Positions 9,542-18,899 of a stretch of DNA of 40,413 bases are shown here, in pieces; within the stretch, counting starts at the first letter, position 1; every line of letters begins with the position of its first letter. Both the position numbers and the translations under genes were made by a program. The DNA comes from Oscillospiraceae bacterium (GTDB taxonomy: Bacteria > Bacillota > Clostridia > Oscillospirales > Ruminococcaceae). The stretch covers positions 1-40,413 of the forward strand of contig JAZQEQ010000252.1 in the NCBI GenBank assembly GCA_045539055.1. The letters are read 5' to 3'. Under the pieces are notes generated by a model. It was given only the letters and a program-made list of their open reading frames with translations. It did not search any database and was not told the origin of the DNA.

Positions 9542-10443
9542 AAAAGGCACTTGTAACAGGAGCTAATGGCTTTGTTGGCAGCGCTCTGGTAAGAGATCTG
9601 GTTGCGAACGGCATTGAAGTAATTGCACTTGATCGTGAGGGTTGCAATAACAACATACCCGACGGCGTGAGATTCGTTGCACATGAACTGGCTGAGAGCG
9701 GCAAGCTCCCTGAGCTTATCGCGGACAGGGATATAGATGTATTCTATCACTTCGCATGGGTAGGCTCGGCGGGACCTGCAAGAGCTGACACAGCATTGCA
9801 GCTGAATAACGCACAGTGGACGATAGACTGTCTGCGTGCAGCAAAGGAAATGGGTATTCTGCGCTTTGTAAGCGCAGGCTCAATTATGGAGCATGAGACT
9901 ATCTCCGCCGCATATAAGCAGGGCAACAAGCCCGGTGTTGGTTATATCTACGGTAGCGGTAAGCTGGTTGCGCATACTATGTGCCAGTGCGTTGCGGCTG
10001 AGATAGGTATCGATCTTATGTGGGCAAAGATCACAAATGCTTATGGTGCAGGTGAGCTTTCTCCTAGATTTGTCAATACAACTATCCGCAAGATAATCAA
10101 TGACGAGCCGCTTCAGTTCACCAGCGGAACTCAGAATTATGATTTTGTATATATCGATGATGTTGCAAGAGCGTTCCGTCTTATCGGAGAAAACGGCAAG
10201 TCGTTTTGCCACTATCTTATCGGCAGCTCAAATGCAAAGCCCTTAAGAGAGTTTGTCCTCGAAATGAAGGCTGCCATTGCTCCCGATAAGGAGTTCGTTT
10301 TTGGCGATGTCCCGTTTACGGGTGTAAATATGCCGCTCGGCGAATTTGATTGCTCTGTTACCGAACAGGATACAGGTTTTAAGGCTGAGATAAGCTTTGG
10401 TGAAGGCGTAAAGAGAACAATGGAATGGCTGAAGGAGCAGTGA
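9538..10443 (+). CDS. NAD(P)-dependent epimerase/dehydratase family, probable NDP-4-keto-6-deoxyhexose reductase
   Basis: TGANGFVG Rossmann motif, YGSGK (YxxxK), YDFVYIDDVA. ATGA overlap with rfbG and GGAGG RBS. Confidence 0.8.
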   Translation: MKKALVTGANGFVGSALVRDLVANGIEVIALDREGCNNNIPDGVRFVAHELAESGKLPELIADRDIDVFYHFAWVGSAGPARADTALQLNNAQWTIDCLRAAKEMGILRFVSAGSIMEHETISAAYKQGNKPGVGYIYGSGKLVAHTMCQCVAAEIGIDLMWAKITNAYGAGELSPRFVNTTIRKIINDEPLQFTSGTQNYDFVYIDDVARAFRLIGENGKSFCHYLIGSSNAKPLREFVLEMKAAIAPDKEFVFGDVPFTGVNMPLGEFDCSVTEQDTGFKAEISFGEGVKRTMEWLKEQ

Positions 10444-10444
10444 T

Positions 10445-11023
10445 ATGATACAGAAATTTGAATTCAAAGAAACAGAAATACAGGGACTTATTGAGGTAAC
10501 TCCATTTAACGCTGATGATATAAGAGGCTGCTTTACAAAGGATTATTCCAAAGAGGTGTTTGAAGCAAACGGAATAAACCATGATCTTATGGAGGTGTTC
10601 TACACCACGAGCTATAAGGGCGTTATCCGTGCGTTGCATTTCCAGCGCGAAAAGCAGCAGGCAAAGCTTGTCAGATGTATTCATGGACACGTGTATGATG
10701 TAGTTGTTGATCTTAGACCTGATAGTCCAAGTTTTAAGAAGTGGCTTGGTTTTGATCTGACGGGCGACAACAGAAAAGAACTGCTGATCCCCGGAGGCTG
10801 CGCTCATGGTTACCTTGTGCTTGAGGAGAGTATAGTTTCTTACAAGTGCGGCGAGAAATTTTACGGTGAATTCGACGACGGTATTATGTGGAATGATCCC
10901 GATATCGGGGTCGAATGGCCTTTGGATAAGATTGGTGGAGCAGATCAGCTTATCATTGCTGAAAAGGATATGAATCTTCAAAGTTTTGCTGAGCTTATGG
11001 AGAAGTATGGTGGACTTAAATGA
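10445..11023 (+). CDS. rfbC: RmlC-family NDP-4-keto-6-deoxyglucose 3(,5)-epimerase
   Basis: DIRGCF, GVIRALHFQ, QAKLVRC, DVVVDLR, GCAHGY, WNDPDIGVEWP. Confidence 0.9.
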   Translation: MIQKFEFKETEIQGLIEVTPFNADDIRGCFTKDYSKEVFEANGINHDLMEVFYTTSYKGVIRALHFQREKQQAKLVRCIHGHVYDVVVDLRPDSPSFKKWLGFDLTGDNRKELLIPGGCAHGYLVLEESIVSYKCGEKFYGEFDDGIMWNDPDIGVEWPLDKIGGADQLIIAEKDMNLQSFAELMEKYGGLK

Positions 11024-12192
11024 TCGATTTCTCAAAATATGACTCTATTGTTGTTGGCTGTGGGCTGACAGGTGGTGTAATCGCAAGATTTCTTGCTGAA
11101 GAAAAGCAGCAAAAAGTAGTAATTGTAGAGCGAAGAAATCATATTGCAGGCAATATGTATGATTTCCGTGATGATAACGGCCTTATTATTCAGCAATATG
11201 GACCTCATACTTTTCATACCACTAAAAAGCATTTGTTTGATTACGTGTGTAAATATTCAAATTGGAAAGAGTATTTTCTTACCTGCGGTGCTGAAATAAA
11301 CGGAAAGTTTACGCCTACTCCTTTTAATTTTCAGACCATAGACGATTTTTATCCGCCTGAAAAAGCCGCCGAACTCAAAACTCATATTCGTCAGAAGTAC
11401 GGCGATGCGGATAAAACTACAATAGTGGAAATGCTGAATTCTGATGATCCATTGATCAAGGAATATGCGGATTTCCTATATGATAATGATTATAGCCTAT
11501 ACACCGCGAAGCAGTGGGGAATTTCTCCGAAAGAGATAGATGTCAGTGTGCTGAAGCGTGTGCCGGTTTTGTTCTCGTATAAGAACGGTTACTTTGACGA
11601 TGAATTCCAGGTGATGCCTGATCATACATTCACTGATTTTTTTGCCAATATAATAAATCATGAAAATATTGATGTTGTTTTGAACGAAAACATTTTAGAC
11701 TATCTTTCAATCGAAAACGATCAACTGTTTTTAAACGGAGAACCAACCGATAAAATAGTAATTTATACGGGTGCAGCAGACGAGCTTCTGAATTGTAAGT
11801 ATGGGGTTTTACCATATCGTTCTCTCAGATTCGATTACAGGACAGAAAATACAGACAGCTATCAGAATGCGCCTGTGGTTGCATACCCTCAGGCAGAGGG
11901 CTATACAAGAATAACCGAATACACAAAAATACCTGTGCAGAACGGAAATGGCAAGACTGTTATTGCGGTTGAATATCCTCAAGCATATGAAGCAGGAAAA
12001 ACAGAACCATATTATCCGATATTGACAGAACAAAGCCAAGAGCTTTATAAGAAATATTGCGATGAATTGTCTAAGGTCCCTAATTTGTTTATGTGTGGAA
12101 GATTAGGTGATTTTAAGTATTACAATATGGATCAGGCACTTGAACGCGCGCTGGATATATGCAACGCTTTAAGCCAAGCAGATGTAGTGTAA
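11020..12192 (+). CDS. glf: UDP-galactopyranose mutase family (NDP-pyranose mutase)
   Basis: VVGCGLTG, RNHIAGNMYD, YGPHTFHT, LPYRSL, YTRITEY, GRLGDFKYYNMDQA. Confidence 0.92.
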   Translation: MIDFSKYDSIVVGCGLTGGVIARFLAEEKQQKVVIVERRNHIAGNMYDFRDDNGLIIQQYGPHTFHTTKKHLFDYVCKYSNWKEYFLTCGAEINGKFTPTPFNFQTIDDFYPPEKAAELKTHIRQKYGDADKTTIVEMLNSDDPLIKEYADFLYDNDYSLYTAKQWGISPKEIDVSVLKRVPVLFSYKNGYFDDEFQVMPDHTFTDFFANIINHENIDVVLNENILDYLSIENDQLFLNGEPTDKIVIYTGAADELLNCKYGVLPYRSLRFDYRTENTDSYQNAPVVAYPQAEGYTRITEYTKIPVQNGNGKTVIAVEYPQAYEAGKTEPYYPILTEQSQELYKKYCDELSKVPNLFMCGRLGDFKYYNMDQALERALDICNALSQADVV

Positions 12193-12266
12193 TATTAAAA
12201 ACAAATTTGTCGGTATTTTCTTTTGAGAAACGGGCTAAACAAGATTATATTGTACGATAATATATA

Positions 12267-12297
12267 AATAAGCTGGCAGTTTTTCTACCAGCTTATT
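12267..12297. terminator. Probable bidirectional intrinsic terminator
   Basis: AATAAGCTGG...CCAGCTTATT 10 bp stem between convergent genes (glf and the - strand ORF). Confidence 0.7.
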
Positions 12298-12350
12298 GTT
12301 ATAATAATGTGATCCCTATTATACAATGCATATTTAGCAACTGACTTGTG

Positions 12351-13298
12351 TTACAATTCTGCGCTGTATGCATAATTACCATCGTCAAGCTGTGTGACGG
12401 TAGGAGTTGTGCGCATGTTAGGGCGCAGGTCTACGGGGTTAATGTTATCTGTGCTGCGGATTTGATAGTATCTCTGGCACTTAATGAGTTCTGTGGAACG
12501 ATCGGGCGCGATGTGTTCTGTAGCAACTCCCCCTGTCTCTAGTTTGATCCATGATATATTCATATTGTTGCCTGCCTTGCAATTATGTGATGTTATGTCG
12601 CAGTGGACATTGACAGCTCCTTGAGGTATCTCCATGGTGGCACTATATACTCCGGCTGTGTCGCTCGGCGATAACATAATGGACGCTGCACCGAGATATG
12701 TTTTGTTTACATCTCCAAAGCGTGCTCTTATTAAAATGTGTCCATCGGTTATTTGGAGTCCTGCAATCTTTGCGGATATAGTAATATATCCACTTAATGA
12801 GCTGATGTCCAATTCGCAGTATTGCAGAAGCACGGTAATACCGGTTGCATCTGTATCTTCCTTGAGTGCGCAATGTAGACCATCGTTTCTTGTAGCAATA
12901 GTTACTGCACTTGAAAACAACATCCAACCATCGATTGCATAGCCGGGACCTGAATATTCTGCCATGCCTCTCTGATTTATCCTAAAATCAGGATTTATCA
13001 GCAGGTTGGGATTGCTTGGTACAAAGCTATCCGTTGGATAATCTGTACCAAGTATATGAATACTGCCTTCGCCCAGCAAATACAGATCTTTGCTGTTAAA
13101 TGGAAATGCAATGATTCCCTTTCGGCCCGAAAGGATAGTCATGACATTTTTGCTTCCGGGCTTGATTCCCGGTTTTGTAGATGCGTAGATTATGCTTCCG
13201 GTATGGTTCGTGATCTCTGCATAATATCCACTCAGATCCGAAATCTTTTGTTCTGATCCTTCAAGTGTAATGTTGATGATCTTACTTTTTTCTAACAT
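12351..13298 (-). CDS. Hypothetical protein resembling phage tail/tail-fibre-associated proteins
   Basis: 315 aa with AGGAGG RBS. NPNLLINPDFRINQRG...Y...DGW and WIKLETG...ELIKCQRYYQ recall motifs of Firmicute phage tail proteins. Confidence 0.55.
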   Translation of the reverse strand: MLEKSKIINITLEGSEQKISDLSGYYAEITNHTGSIIYASTKPGIKPGSKNVMTILSGRKGIIAFPFNSKDLYLLGEGSIHILGTDYPTDSFVPSNPNLLINPDFRINQRGMAEYSGPGYAIDGWMLFSSAVTIATRNDGLHCALKEDTDATGITVLLQYCELDISSLSGYITISAKIAGLQITDGHILIRARFGDVNKTYLGAASIMLSPSDTAGVYSATMEIPQGAVNVHCDITSHNCKAGNNMNISWIKLETGGVATEHIAPDRSTELIKCQRYYQIRSTDNINPVDLRPNMRTTPTVTQLDDGNYAYSAEL

Positions 13299-13539
13299 TA
13301 TATTTTCCTCCTAATAATAAAGTATTTGGCTTTCGCCAAACAAATATTAACATGATATTGACTGCAAAAGTCCGCAATGTCTGCTATTTTTTATAGAAAT
13401 TGTCAAGCGATGTTTGAAAGCAGATCGGGTGTAGTTGCGTGGGAAATATATCTTAATTCAATGAATAATGATGTATCCAGTTTGCGGCTTCCCACAAAAA
13501 AACGCCGCCACAATTTCTTATATATGTAAGTAATTTACA

Positions 13540-13568
13540 TTGAAAACCCCCACATTATCTGTTATAAT
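13540..13568 (+). promoter_or_regulatory. sigmaA promoter of the GT4-WcaJ-WaaL operon
   Basis: TTGAAA (13540-13545), 17 bp spacer, TATAAT (13563-13568), with extended -10 TG. Confidence 0.8.
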
Positions 13569-13600
13569 AGTATCATGGCTTATTATGTGTATAAGCTGAT

Positions 13601-14791
13601 ATGCGAAAAGTGGTGAATTTAGTGCTAAACAGCAGTGATATGTCCGCCCCTGTAAGAATTGCTCAGATACTGGGAAAAATGGAGGGCGGCGGTGTCGAGC
13701 AGGTAGTGATGAACTACTACCGACATATCGACCGCAGCAGGATACAGTTTGATTTTTTTATATTCGACAGCTCGAGCCGTGTTTCGCAGGAGGAGATCGA
13801 AAGCCTCGGCGGCAGGGTGTATCGACTGTGTGGGCTTAAGAATACCTCGCGTTATATAAAAACGCTTGCGTCGCTGCTGAAAGAGAATAATTATAAGATA
13901 GTGCATTGCCATTTGAGCACACTGTCAGGACCAGCTTTAAAGGCGGCGAAAAAGGCAGGCGTACCGATAAGAATAATCCATAACCACAGCACATCAGGCG
14001 GCAAAAGAGAGCTTGTTCGCAATCTCGCTAAGGCTGTTCTGAAGCCGTTTTGCGCTAAAAACGCAACTCACAGGATCGCCTGCTCCGAGTATGCCGCAAG
14101 GTGGATGTTCGGGAAAGCGCCTGTGTGTGGTATTGCGGACGAGAACACACTTGAAAACTCGGTGCGTATACTCAGAAACGCTGTTGACAGCAGCTTTTTC
14201 TCGCGCGATGAAGAAAAACGTCGTTCGATGCGAGAGGAGCTCGGTATTCCTGAGGATGCGCTGGTGTTCGGACATATCGGGCGCTTCTGCCCTCAGAAAA
14301 ACCAGAGCTTTCTGGTAGACATATTTATAGAAATACTAAAGCTTCATGCCGACTCTTACTTGCTTATGGCGGGAACGGGTGGAGATGTGGAGCTTATCCG
14401 CGGCAAGATCAATGATGCAAAGCTCTCCGACAGAGCACTGCTCTTGGGTCAGCGCAGCGATACGGACAGGCTCTACAATGCGTTTGACTGCTTTGTTCTG
14501 CCATCAAATTACGAGGGTCTGTGCGTTGTTGGCGTAGAGGCGCAGGCTGTCGGCGTAAGCTGCGTCTTTTCTGACAGGATAACGTCCGAAGTAAAGCTTT
14601 CCGAAGGAGCAGGCTTTGTTTCCCTTAAAGCTTCTCCTGCCGAGTGGGCGAAAGCTGCTCTGGATGCCGCGAAAAGCATTTCAGCGCCTGCTGATCTTGA
14701 AGCGCAGGGCTATGAGATAGGTGCTGAAGCCGAGCGACTTGCCGCGTTTTATCTTGAAGTGATACGCGGTATATCTCTGCGAAAGGAATAA
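13601..14791 (+). CDS. GT4 (glycosyltransferase group 1, EpsF-like)
   Basis: GGVEQVVMNYYR, IVHCH, IIHNHST, GHIGRFCPQKNQ, PSNYEGLCVVGVEAQ (E-x7-E). Start could be ATG 13640. Confidence 0.9.
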   Translation: MRKVVNLVLNSSDMSAPVRIAQILGKMEGGGVEQVVMNYYRHIDRSRIQFDFFIFDSSSRVSQEEIESLGGRVYRLCGLKNTSRYIKTLASLLKENNYKIVHCHLSTLSGPALKAAKKAGVPIRIIHNHSTSGGKRELVRNLAKAVLKPFCAKNATHRIACSEYAARWMFGKAPVCGIADENTLENSVRILRNAVDSSFFSRDEEKRRSMREELGIPEDALVFGHIGRFCPQKNQSFLVDIFIEILKLHADSYLLMAGTGGDVELIRGKINDAKLSDRALLLGQRSDTDRLYNAFDCFVLPSNYEGLCVVGVEAQAVGVSCVFSDRITSEVKLSEGAGFVSLKASPAEWAKAALDAAKSISAPADLEAQGYEIGAEAERLAAFYLEVIRGISLRKE

Positions 14792-14793
14792 GT

Positions 14794-16242
14794 ATGATAA
14801 AAGAAAACCAAAAGCTGTTGAATGCGCTTAATGTAATCAGCGATGCTTTGATATCAATCCTGGCCGTGGTGCTGGCGTATGTCATAGTGTTTTTAGCTCT
14901 TGCTTTTGAGCGTAATTTCCAGCTGACGGATTATATAAAGCTTGCGTGTATTTTCATCCCGATACAGCTTATAACCTATGGTTGTATGGGGCTTTACGGA
15001 AGCCATCGTACCACGACATTCACGCGTGAGCTGGTAAAGCTGGTCAGTGCGTTTTTTATAGACGGCTTAATCGTTGTCGCTATGCTTTATATAGTGAAGA
15101 TCTTTGACTTCTCGCGATGGGCGCTTGTGATATTCCTTGTGCTTGATCTGATCTTCATTGCTGTAAAGCGCATTATACTGCGGCAGACCCTGTGGCATTT
15201 CCGCGAAAAAGGCTATAATCAGAAGCACGTGCTTATAATCGGTGGAGGAGCGACCGCTTTATATTATCTTGATACCATCAGAACAGAAAAGCAGCTTGGT
15301 CTGAAGTGCGCGGGTTATGTCGCCGATGGCAGCAGCCTTGATGAAAAATTGGTGGGTGGCTTTGATGATATCCTGGAAATATTGGACTCTCATAGCTATG
15401 ACGAGGTCGTATGCGCTCTGGACATAAGCGAAATGAACTATCTGCAAAGCGTTGTAGAGGCGTGTGAGATAACAGGCACAAGGATATCCGTTATCCCTGC
15501 GATGTACAAATACATGTCCCCGACATCTGTTATTGATATGGTCGGCGGTATTCCGGTGATGAACATACGCCGTATCCCGCTTGACAATATGGGCAATGCC
15601 TTTATGAAAAGAGCGATGGATATCGTCGGAAGCCTTCTGATGCTTATATTGTCTTCGCCTGTGATGCTGGTTTGTGCTATTGTAATCAAGGCTACTATGG
15701 GCGGCAAGGTGATATTCAGACAGAAGCGTGTAGGCTTCAACAAAAAGATATTCACTATGTACAAATTCAAGTCGATGCGTGACAGCAGCACTTCAGATAC
15801 GGCATGGAGCACGAATAACGATCCTCGTAAGACTCGCTTTGGCGCCGTGATACGAAAGCTCTCTATAGACGAGCTACCGCAGCTTGTCAATGTGCTGAAG
15901 GGTGACATGAGCCTTGTAGGACCACGCCCTGAGATACCGTTTTATGTTGACGCTTTCAAGAATGAAGTTCCGATGTACATGATAAAGCATCAGGTAAAGC
16001 CCGGAATAACAGGTCTTGCGCAGGTAAACGGCTTTCGTGGTGATACTTCGATAAAGCGAAGAATAGAGCTTGATGTCCAGTACATAGAAAACTGGAACAT
16101 ATTCCTTGATATATCTATACTCTTTAAGACCGTTTTCCGTGTGGTCAACAAGGAAAAGCTGAAATACAGCGAGGAAACGGAAAATACAACAGAAATACAG
16201 GAGCAGAACAATGATAAAGACAAGCAAAAAATCAACGCTTGA
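14794..16242 (+). CDS. Undecaprenyl-phosphate glucose phosphotransferase (WcaJ/CpsE-like initiating transferase)
   Basis: N-terminal TM helices, then KRAMDIV, FRQKRVG, YKFKSM, SIDELPQLVNVLKGDMSLVGPRPE, KPGITGLAQV. Confidence 0.93.
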   Translation: MIKENQKLLNALNVISDALISILAVVLAYVIVFLALAFERNFQLTDYIKLACIFIPIQLITYGCMGLYGSHRTTTFTRELVKLVSAFFIDGLIVVAMLYIVKIFDFSRWALVIFLVLDLIFIAVKRIILRQTLWHFREKGYNQKHVLIIGGGATALYYLDTIRTEKQLGLKCAGYVADGSSLDEKLVGGFDDILEILDSHSYDEVVCALDISEMNYLQSVVEACEITGTRISVIPAMYKYMSPTSVIDMVGGIPVMNIRRIPLDNMGNAFMKRAMDIVGSLLMLILSSPVMLVCAIVIKATMGGKVIFRQKRVGFNKKIFTMYKFKSMRDSSTSDTAWSTNNDPRKTRFGAVIRKLSIDELPQLVNVLKGDMSLVGPRPEIPFYVDAFKNEVPMYMIKHQVKPGITGLAQVNGFRGDTSIKRRIELDVQYIENWNIFLDISILFKTVFRVVNKEKLKYSEETENTTEIQEQNNDKDKQKINA

Positions 16243-18427
16243 TTACATGGCGCTTGCGATATTTTTCCCTGCGGTAATAGCACTTGCCATAGTACCCACG
16301 CTTATGCGTGTGAATATGATATCTTCGGATTCGTTACTTATGCGGCAGCTTTTCCATGGCGTGAAAAGTGAGGAGTCAGGTCAGTACAACTATGTTGATA
16401 TTTTTTCTCATGTAAAGGGCTTTGCCGTAGTTTTGATCGCGGTGATCATGCTTATATTGGCACTGGTCTGCTGTCTGTACCTTTTTAAAGGTATCGAGAA
16501 ACGTAGCCTTGTGTACGTCGGTGCATCTGTTGTTTATGTGATACTTACACTTGCTTCGGCTATTGGGTCAAAATATGATGATATCGTATTCTTTGGTATG
16601 TACGACCGAGCAGAAGGTTTTTTCACAATAGCATGCTATTTTGTGCTGTTTCTATTCACGATGTATGCGTTTAAAAAAACACAGAATTTCAGTGTTGTGG
16701 TAGTTGCGCTGATGATATGTACAGCGGTTAATCTTGTGATCGGTCTTTTTCAGTATTTCGGAAATGATCTGCTGAATTATGAGTGGTTCAGGAATCTTGT
16801 ACTTGGTTCTGAGGCTAAGGATGAGCTCAGTCTAAATACAGTGATTGCTACGCAGAAACGTAAAATGTACGGCGCTCTGTATCATTATAACTACATGGGT
16901 AGCTTTGCTGGTATGATAGTGCCGCTGTTTACTGTTTTGGCATTTACGAGCAAAAAAATAATCTATAAGATCGTTACTGCACTGTTCGCGCTGATATCTG
17001 TATTTATGCTACTGGCAGGCGAGGCACGAAGCGGTTTCGTTGCAGTCGCTGCTGCGGCAGTTGTAGGTTTGATCGTATTCGCACGTGTGCTGATACGTCG
17101 CTGGAAGATAACCGTTTCCGTGTTGGCAGCGGTTCTTGCACTTGTTATAGGAGCGAATTTTATCACAGATAACGCCATCTTCGCGCGTATACCATCGCTG
17201 TTTGAGGATGTGGTAAGCCTTATCGCCCCTGCAGAGCAAACAGATCTGCTGGCATCGCTTCCTGCACGAGAGATAACCCACAATGATGACGGCAGCGTTT
17301 CATTTGTGTCGCAGACTGATGTGCTGAATGTAGCATTTGATATAGAAAGCCTTGAGTATGTATTTACAGATTCTCATGGAGAGGTACTTAACACTGTTGA
17401 AACAGAATACGGCATCATGATAGATGACGAGGATTTTAAGGGCATTAACTTCCAGTTTGCATCCACCAGTGATGAGTTGGAATACAGCGACGGTATGTTT
17501 ATGTGGTTCAATGACAGGGATGACAGTGCGCTCCTGTTCCGTTTGCTTAAGGACGGCGATATACACATGGTTGATCTGGAAACGGGACGCCTCGCATATC
17601 CGTCAAACGCCGATGCTATCGGTTTTGAAGGCAAGGAAAAGCTCGGTTCGTCAAGAGGATATATCTGGTCGAGAACGATACCGCTTCTCAGTGAGTGTCT
17701 CGTAACAGGCTACGGACCGGATACATTTCCGTTTGTTTTCCCGCAGAATGACTATTTAGCAAAATATGCATCATATAACGAAGGATTCTACATAACTGTA
17801 GATAAGCCGCATAATATGTATATCCAGATATTCATGAGCAGCGGTCTTATCGCGCTTATTGCGTTCCTTGCGATATGTGTGTTCTATCTTGTGGATTGCT
17901 TCAGACTGTATGCCTTAAAGAAGACCTATCGTTCGGAGCAGTGCTTCGGAATATCTGTAATGTTGGCGATAGTAGGTTATCTTGCGGCAGGAATGTTTAA
18001 TGACTCGGTGGTGTCTGTTGCCCCAGTGTTCTGGATACTTCTCGGAACTGGTGCGGCACTTAATACCATAAACCGCCGTATGGATAAAGAGGAGCGCGAA
18101 AAGGAAGCAGCTAAAGCGGCTGCTGAGGCATCCGTGCCGAAGAAAGCTGAACCTGCTACAAGCACACTTGTTGGCATAGGTGGCTCTGCTGTTCAGCCTG
18201 CGCCTAAGGCAGCTGTTGAGACTCCACGTGTGGATGCACCTAAAAGAAAGCCCACCGAGGCTGAGTTCTTAGCCGCTATGGAGCTGCTTATAAAGAATGC
18301 AAAGTCTTCGCCTAACGGTAGCGGTCCGAGCGAGGAACAGCTGCTTGCTATGCTGGAAGCAGGAATGAAAAAGCGCGAACAGATGGAGAAGGCTTCCGAC
18401 AACGCGCAGACGACCGATCAGGAATAA
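16211..18427 (+). CDS. O-antigen ligase (Wzy_C/WaaL-like) family membrane protein
   Basis: Many TM segments, a large acidic loop, SSRGYIW, GYGPDTF, DKPHNMYIQ; low-complexity C-terminal tail. Confidence 0.8.
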   Translation: MIKTSKKSTLDYMALAIFFPAVIALAIVPTLMRVNMISSDSLLMRQLFHGVKSEESGQYNYVDIFSHVKGFAVVLIAVIMLILALVCCLYLFKGIEKRSLVYVGASVVYVILTLASAIGSKYDDIVFFGMYDRAEGFFTIACYFVLFLFTMYAFKKTQNFSVVVVALMICTAVNLVIGLFQYFGNDLLNYEWFRNLVLGSEAKDELSLNTVIATQKRKMYGALYHYNYMGSFAGMIVPLFTVLAFTSKKIIYKIVTALFALISVFMLLAGEARSGFVAVAAAAVVGLIVFARVLIRRWKITVSVLAAVLALVIGANFITDNAIFARIPSLFEDVVSLIAPAEQTDLLASLPAREITHNDDGSVSFVSQTDVLNVAFDIESLEYVFTDSHGEVLNTVETEYGIMIDDEDFKGINFQFASTSDELEYSDGMFMWFNDRDDSALLFRLLKDGDIHMVDLETGRLAYPSNADAIGFEGKEKLGSSRGYIWSRTIPLLSECLVTGYGPDTFPFVFPQNDYLAKYASYNEGFYITVDKPHNMYIQIFMSSGLIALIAFLAICVFYLVDCFRLYALKKTYRSEQCFGISVMLAIVGYLAAGMFNDSVVSVAPVFWILLGTGAALNTINRRMDKEEREKEAAKAAAEASVPKKAEPATSTLVGIGGSAVQPAPKAAVETPRVDAPKRKPTEAEFLAAMELLIKNAKSSPNGSGPSEEQLLAMLEAGMKKREQMEKASDNAQTTDQE

Positions 18428-18439
18428 CACATAAACGAA

Positions 18440-18478
18440 AACGACCGCCTCACAGGTTTAATTTGTGGGGCGGTCGTT
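18440..18478. terminator. Intrinsic terminator, likely bidirectional
   Basis: AACGACCGCCTCACA / TGTGGGGCGGTCGTT stem, T-rich downstream on both strands, 12 bp after the stop codon. Confidence 0.85.
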
Positions 18479-18519
18479 GTTTGTTTGAACTTATTGACAG
18501 GATTTTGAAGATGGTTTTG

Positions 18520-18642
18520 TGTAACAAAAAAGTTACAAAAACGGTGCGTTTTTTGCACCGAAATTGTAACAAAATTGGACGCCGACCGAAACTGTAACAA
18601 AAAAGTAACAAAAAAGGCGCAATTTTGTTACAATTTTGGACA
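18520..18642. repeat. Paired TGT(A/T)ACA-type repeats (four pairs, 11 bp intra-pair spacing)
   Basis: Cores start at 18520/18531, 18565/18576, 18593/18604, 18626/18637 (two are degenerate TGGAC). Perfect 16 bp inverted repeat 18561-18576 / 18621-18636. Confidence 0.8.
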
Positions 18643-18713
18643 CTCACAAACAGCTCATCAATATTTATTCGCACAGTGTGATATATTCTATCTTTTTTTA
18701 TTCAGCTATATAA

Positions 18714-18742
18714 AATATACCATAAAATAGTGCTTTTTGCAA
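18714..18742 (-). promoter_or_regulatory. Putative sigmaA promoter firing leftwards into the TGTAACA repeat block
   Basis: Minus strand reads TTGCAA, 17 bp spacer, TATATT, with extended -10 TG. Confidence 0.55.
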
Positions 18743-18899
18743 GGCGTAATAGTCTGAAATGCAAATGTGTTATTCGCGTTTTACCAATATATCACACGTT
18801 ATGATATATTCGACTCACAGATTCCACATAACGCAAAAGTAAATTACGGCTTCGACAACGAGCCAAAAATGGACCCATTTTTGACACCATTGTCTCAAT

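Noticed and set aside
13340-13410. Promoter for the phage-tail-like gene
   Set aside because: A - strand TTGACA (13401-13406) and a TG-n-TAATAT exist but not at compatible spacing, so none was called.
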